64,000 nucleotides of DNA, from positions 9,509,950 to 9,573,949 of the forward strand of contig NC_134026.1 in the NCBI RefSeq assembly GCF_964204645.1, given 5' to 3'. The translations under genes and the position numbers were made by a program. This DNA is from Tubulanus polymorphus (Eukaryota; Animalia; Nemertea). Under the pieces are notes generated by a model. It had not been told where the DNA came from. It saw only the letters and a list, made by a program, of their open reading frames with translations, and ran no database searches. Position 1 is the stretch's first letter. Each line of letters opens with the position of its first letter. Below, piece by piece: positions 63,991 to 64,000 of this stretch.

Positions 63991-64000
63991 CTATAGAATC

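Larger units (their letters stand above)
56564..64000 (+). mobile_element. IS3EU-like DNA transposon, left end and internal genes; right end presumably beyond the window
   Basis: TAT terminus shared with 19898; dense subterminal direct and inverted repeats at 56620-56950; then an IS3/IS481-type transposase gene. No right TIR seen in the window, so the extent is inferred. Confidence 0.6.

Overview
AT-rich animal (most likely invertebrate) nuclear DNA with GT-AG introns; not prokaryotic. One probable host gene can be rebuilt with phase-consistent splice sites: an N-terminal THAP domain joined to about 15 C2H2 zinc fingers (exons 3043-3235, 4886-5083, 8780-12597; 1402 aa). Most of the rest is nested mobile DNA whose ends and target-site duplications (TSDs) can be read directly. 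(i) A 10.15-kb CAC...GTG element with a 4-bp TSD (Chapaev-like; 27295-37445) carries a decayed RAG1-core-like transposase. A Sola2-like element inserted into it, and a Helentron into that; the Sola2 ORF resembles the ARL14EP N-terminal domain. (ii) Two hAT elements have 6-bp TSDs and one MITE has a 5-bp TSD. (iii) A Copia remnant has its LTR split by one of the hATs. (iv) A Gypsy-type solo LTR, several MITE families, and Helentron-type elements, one with a tandem array of CTCF-consensus motifs. (v) Two tandem decayed SF3-helicase (virus-like) units at the window start. (vi) At the right end, an IS3EU-like element with an apparently intact 10-exon DDE transposase lies tail-to-tail with an apparently intact multi-exon HECT E3 ubiquitin ligase; this is the best candidate for an unusual system. 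Family names come from motif recognition by eye, with no database searches.
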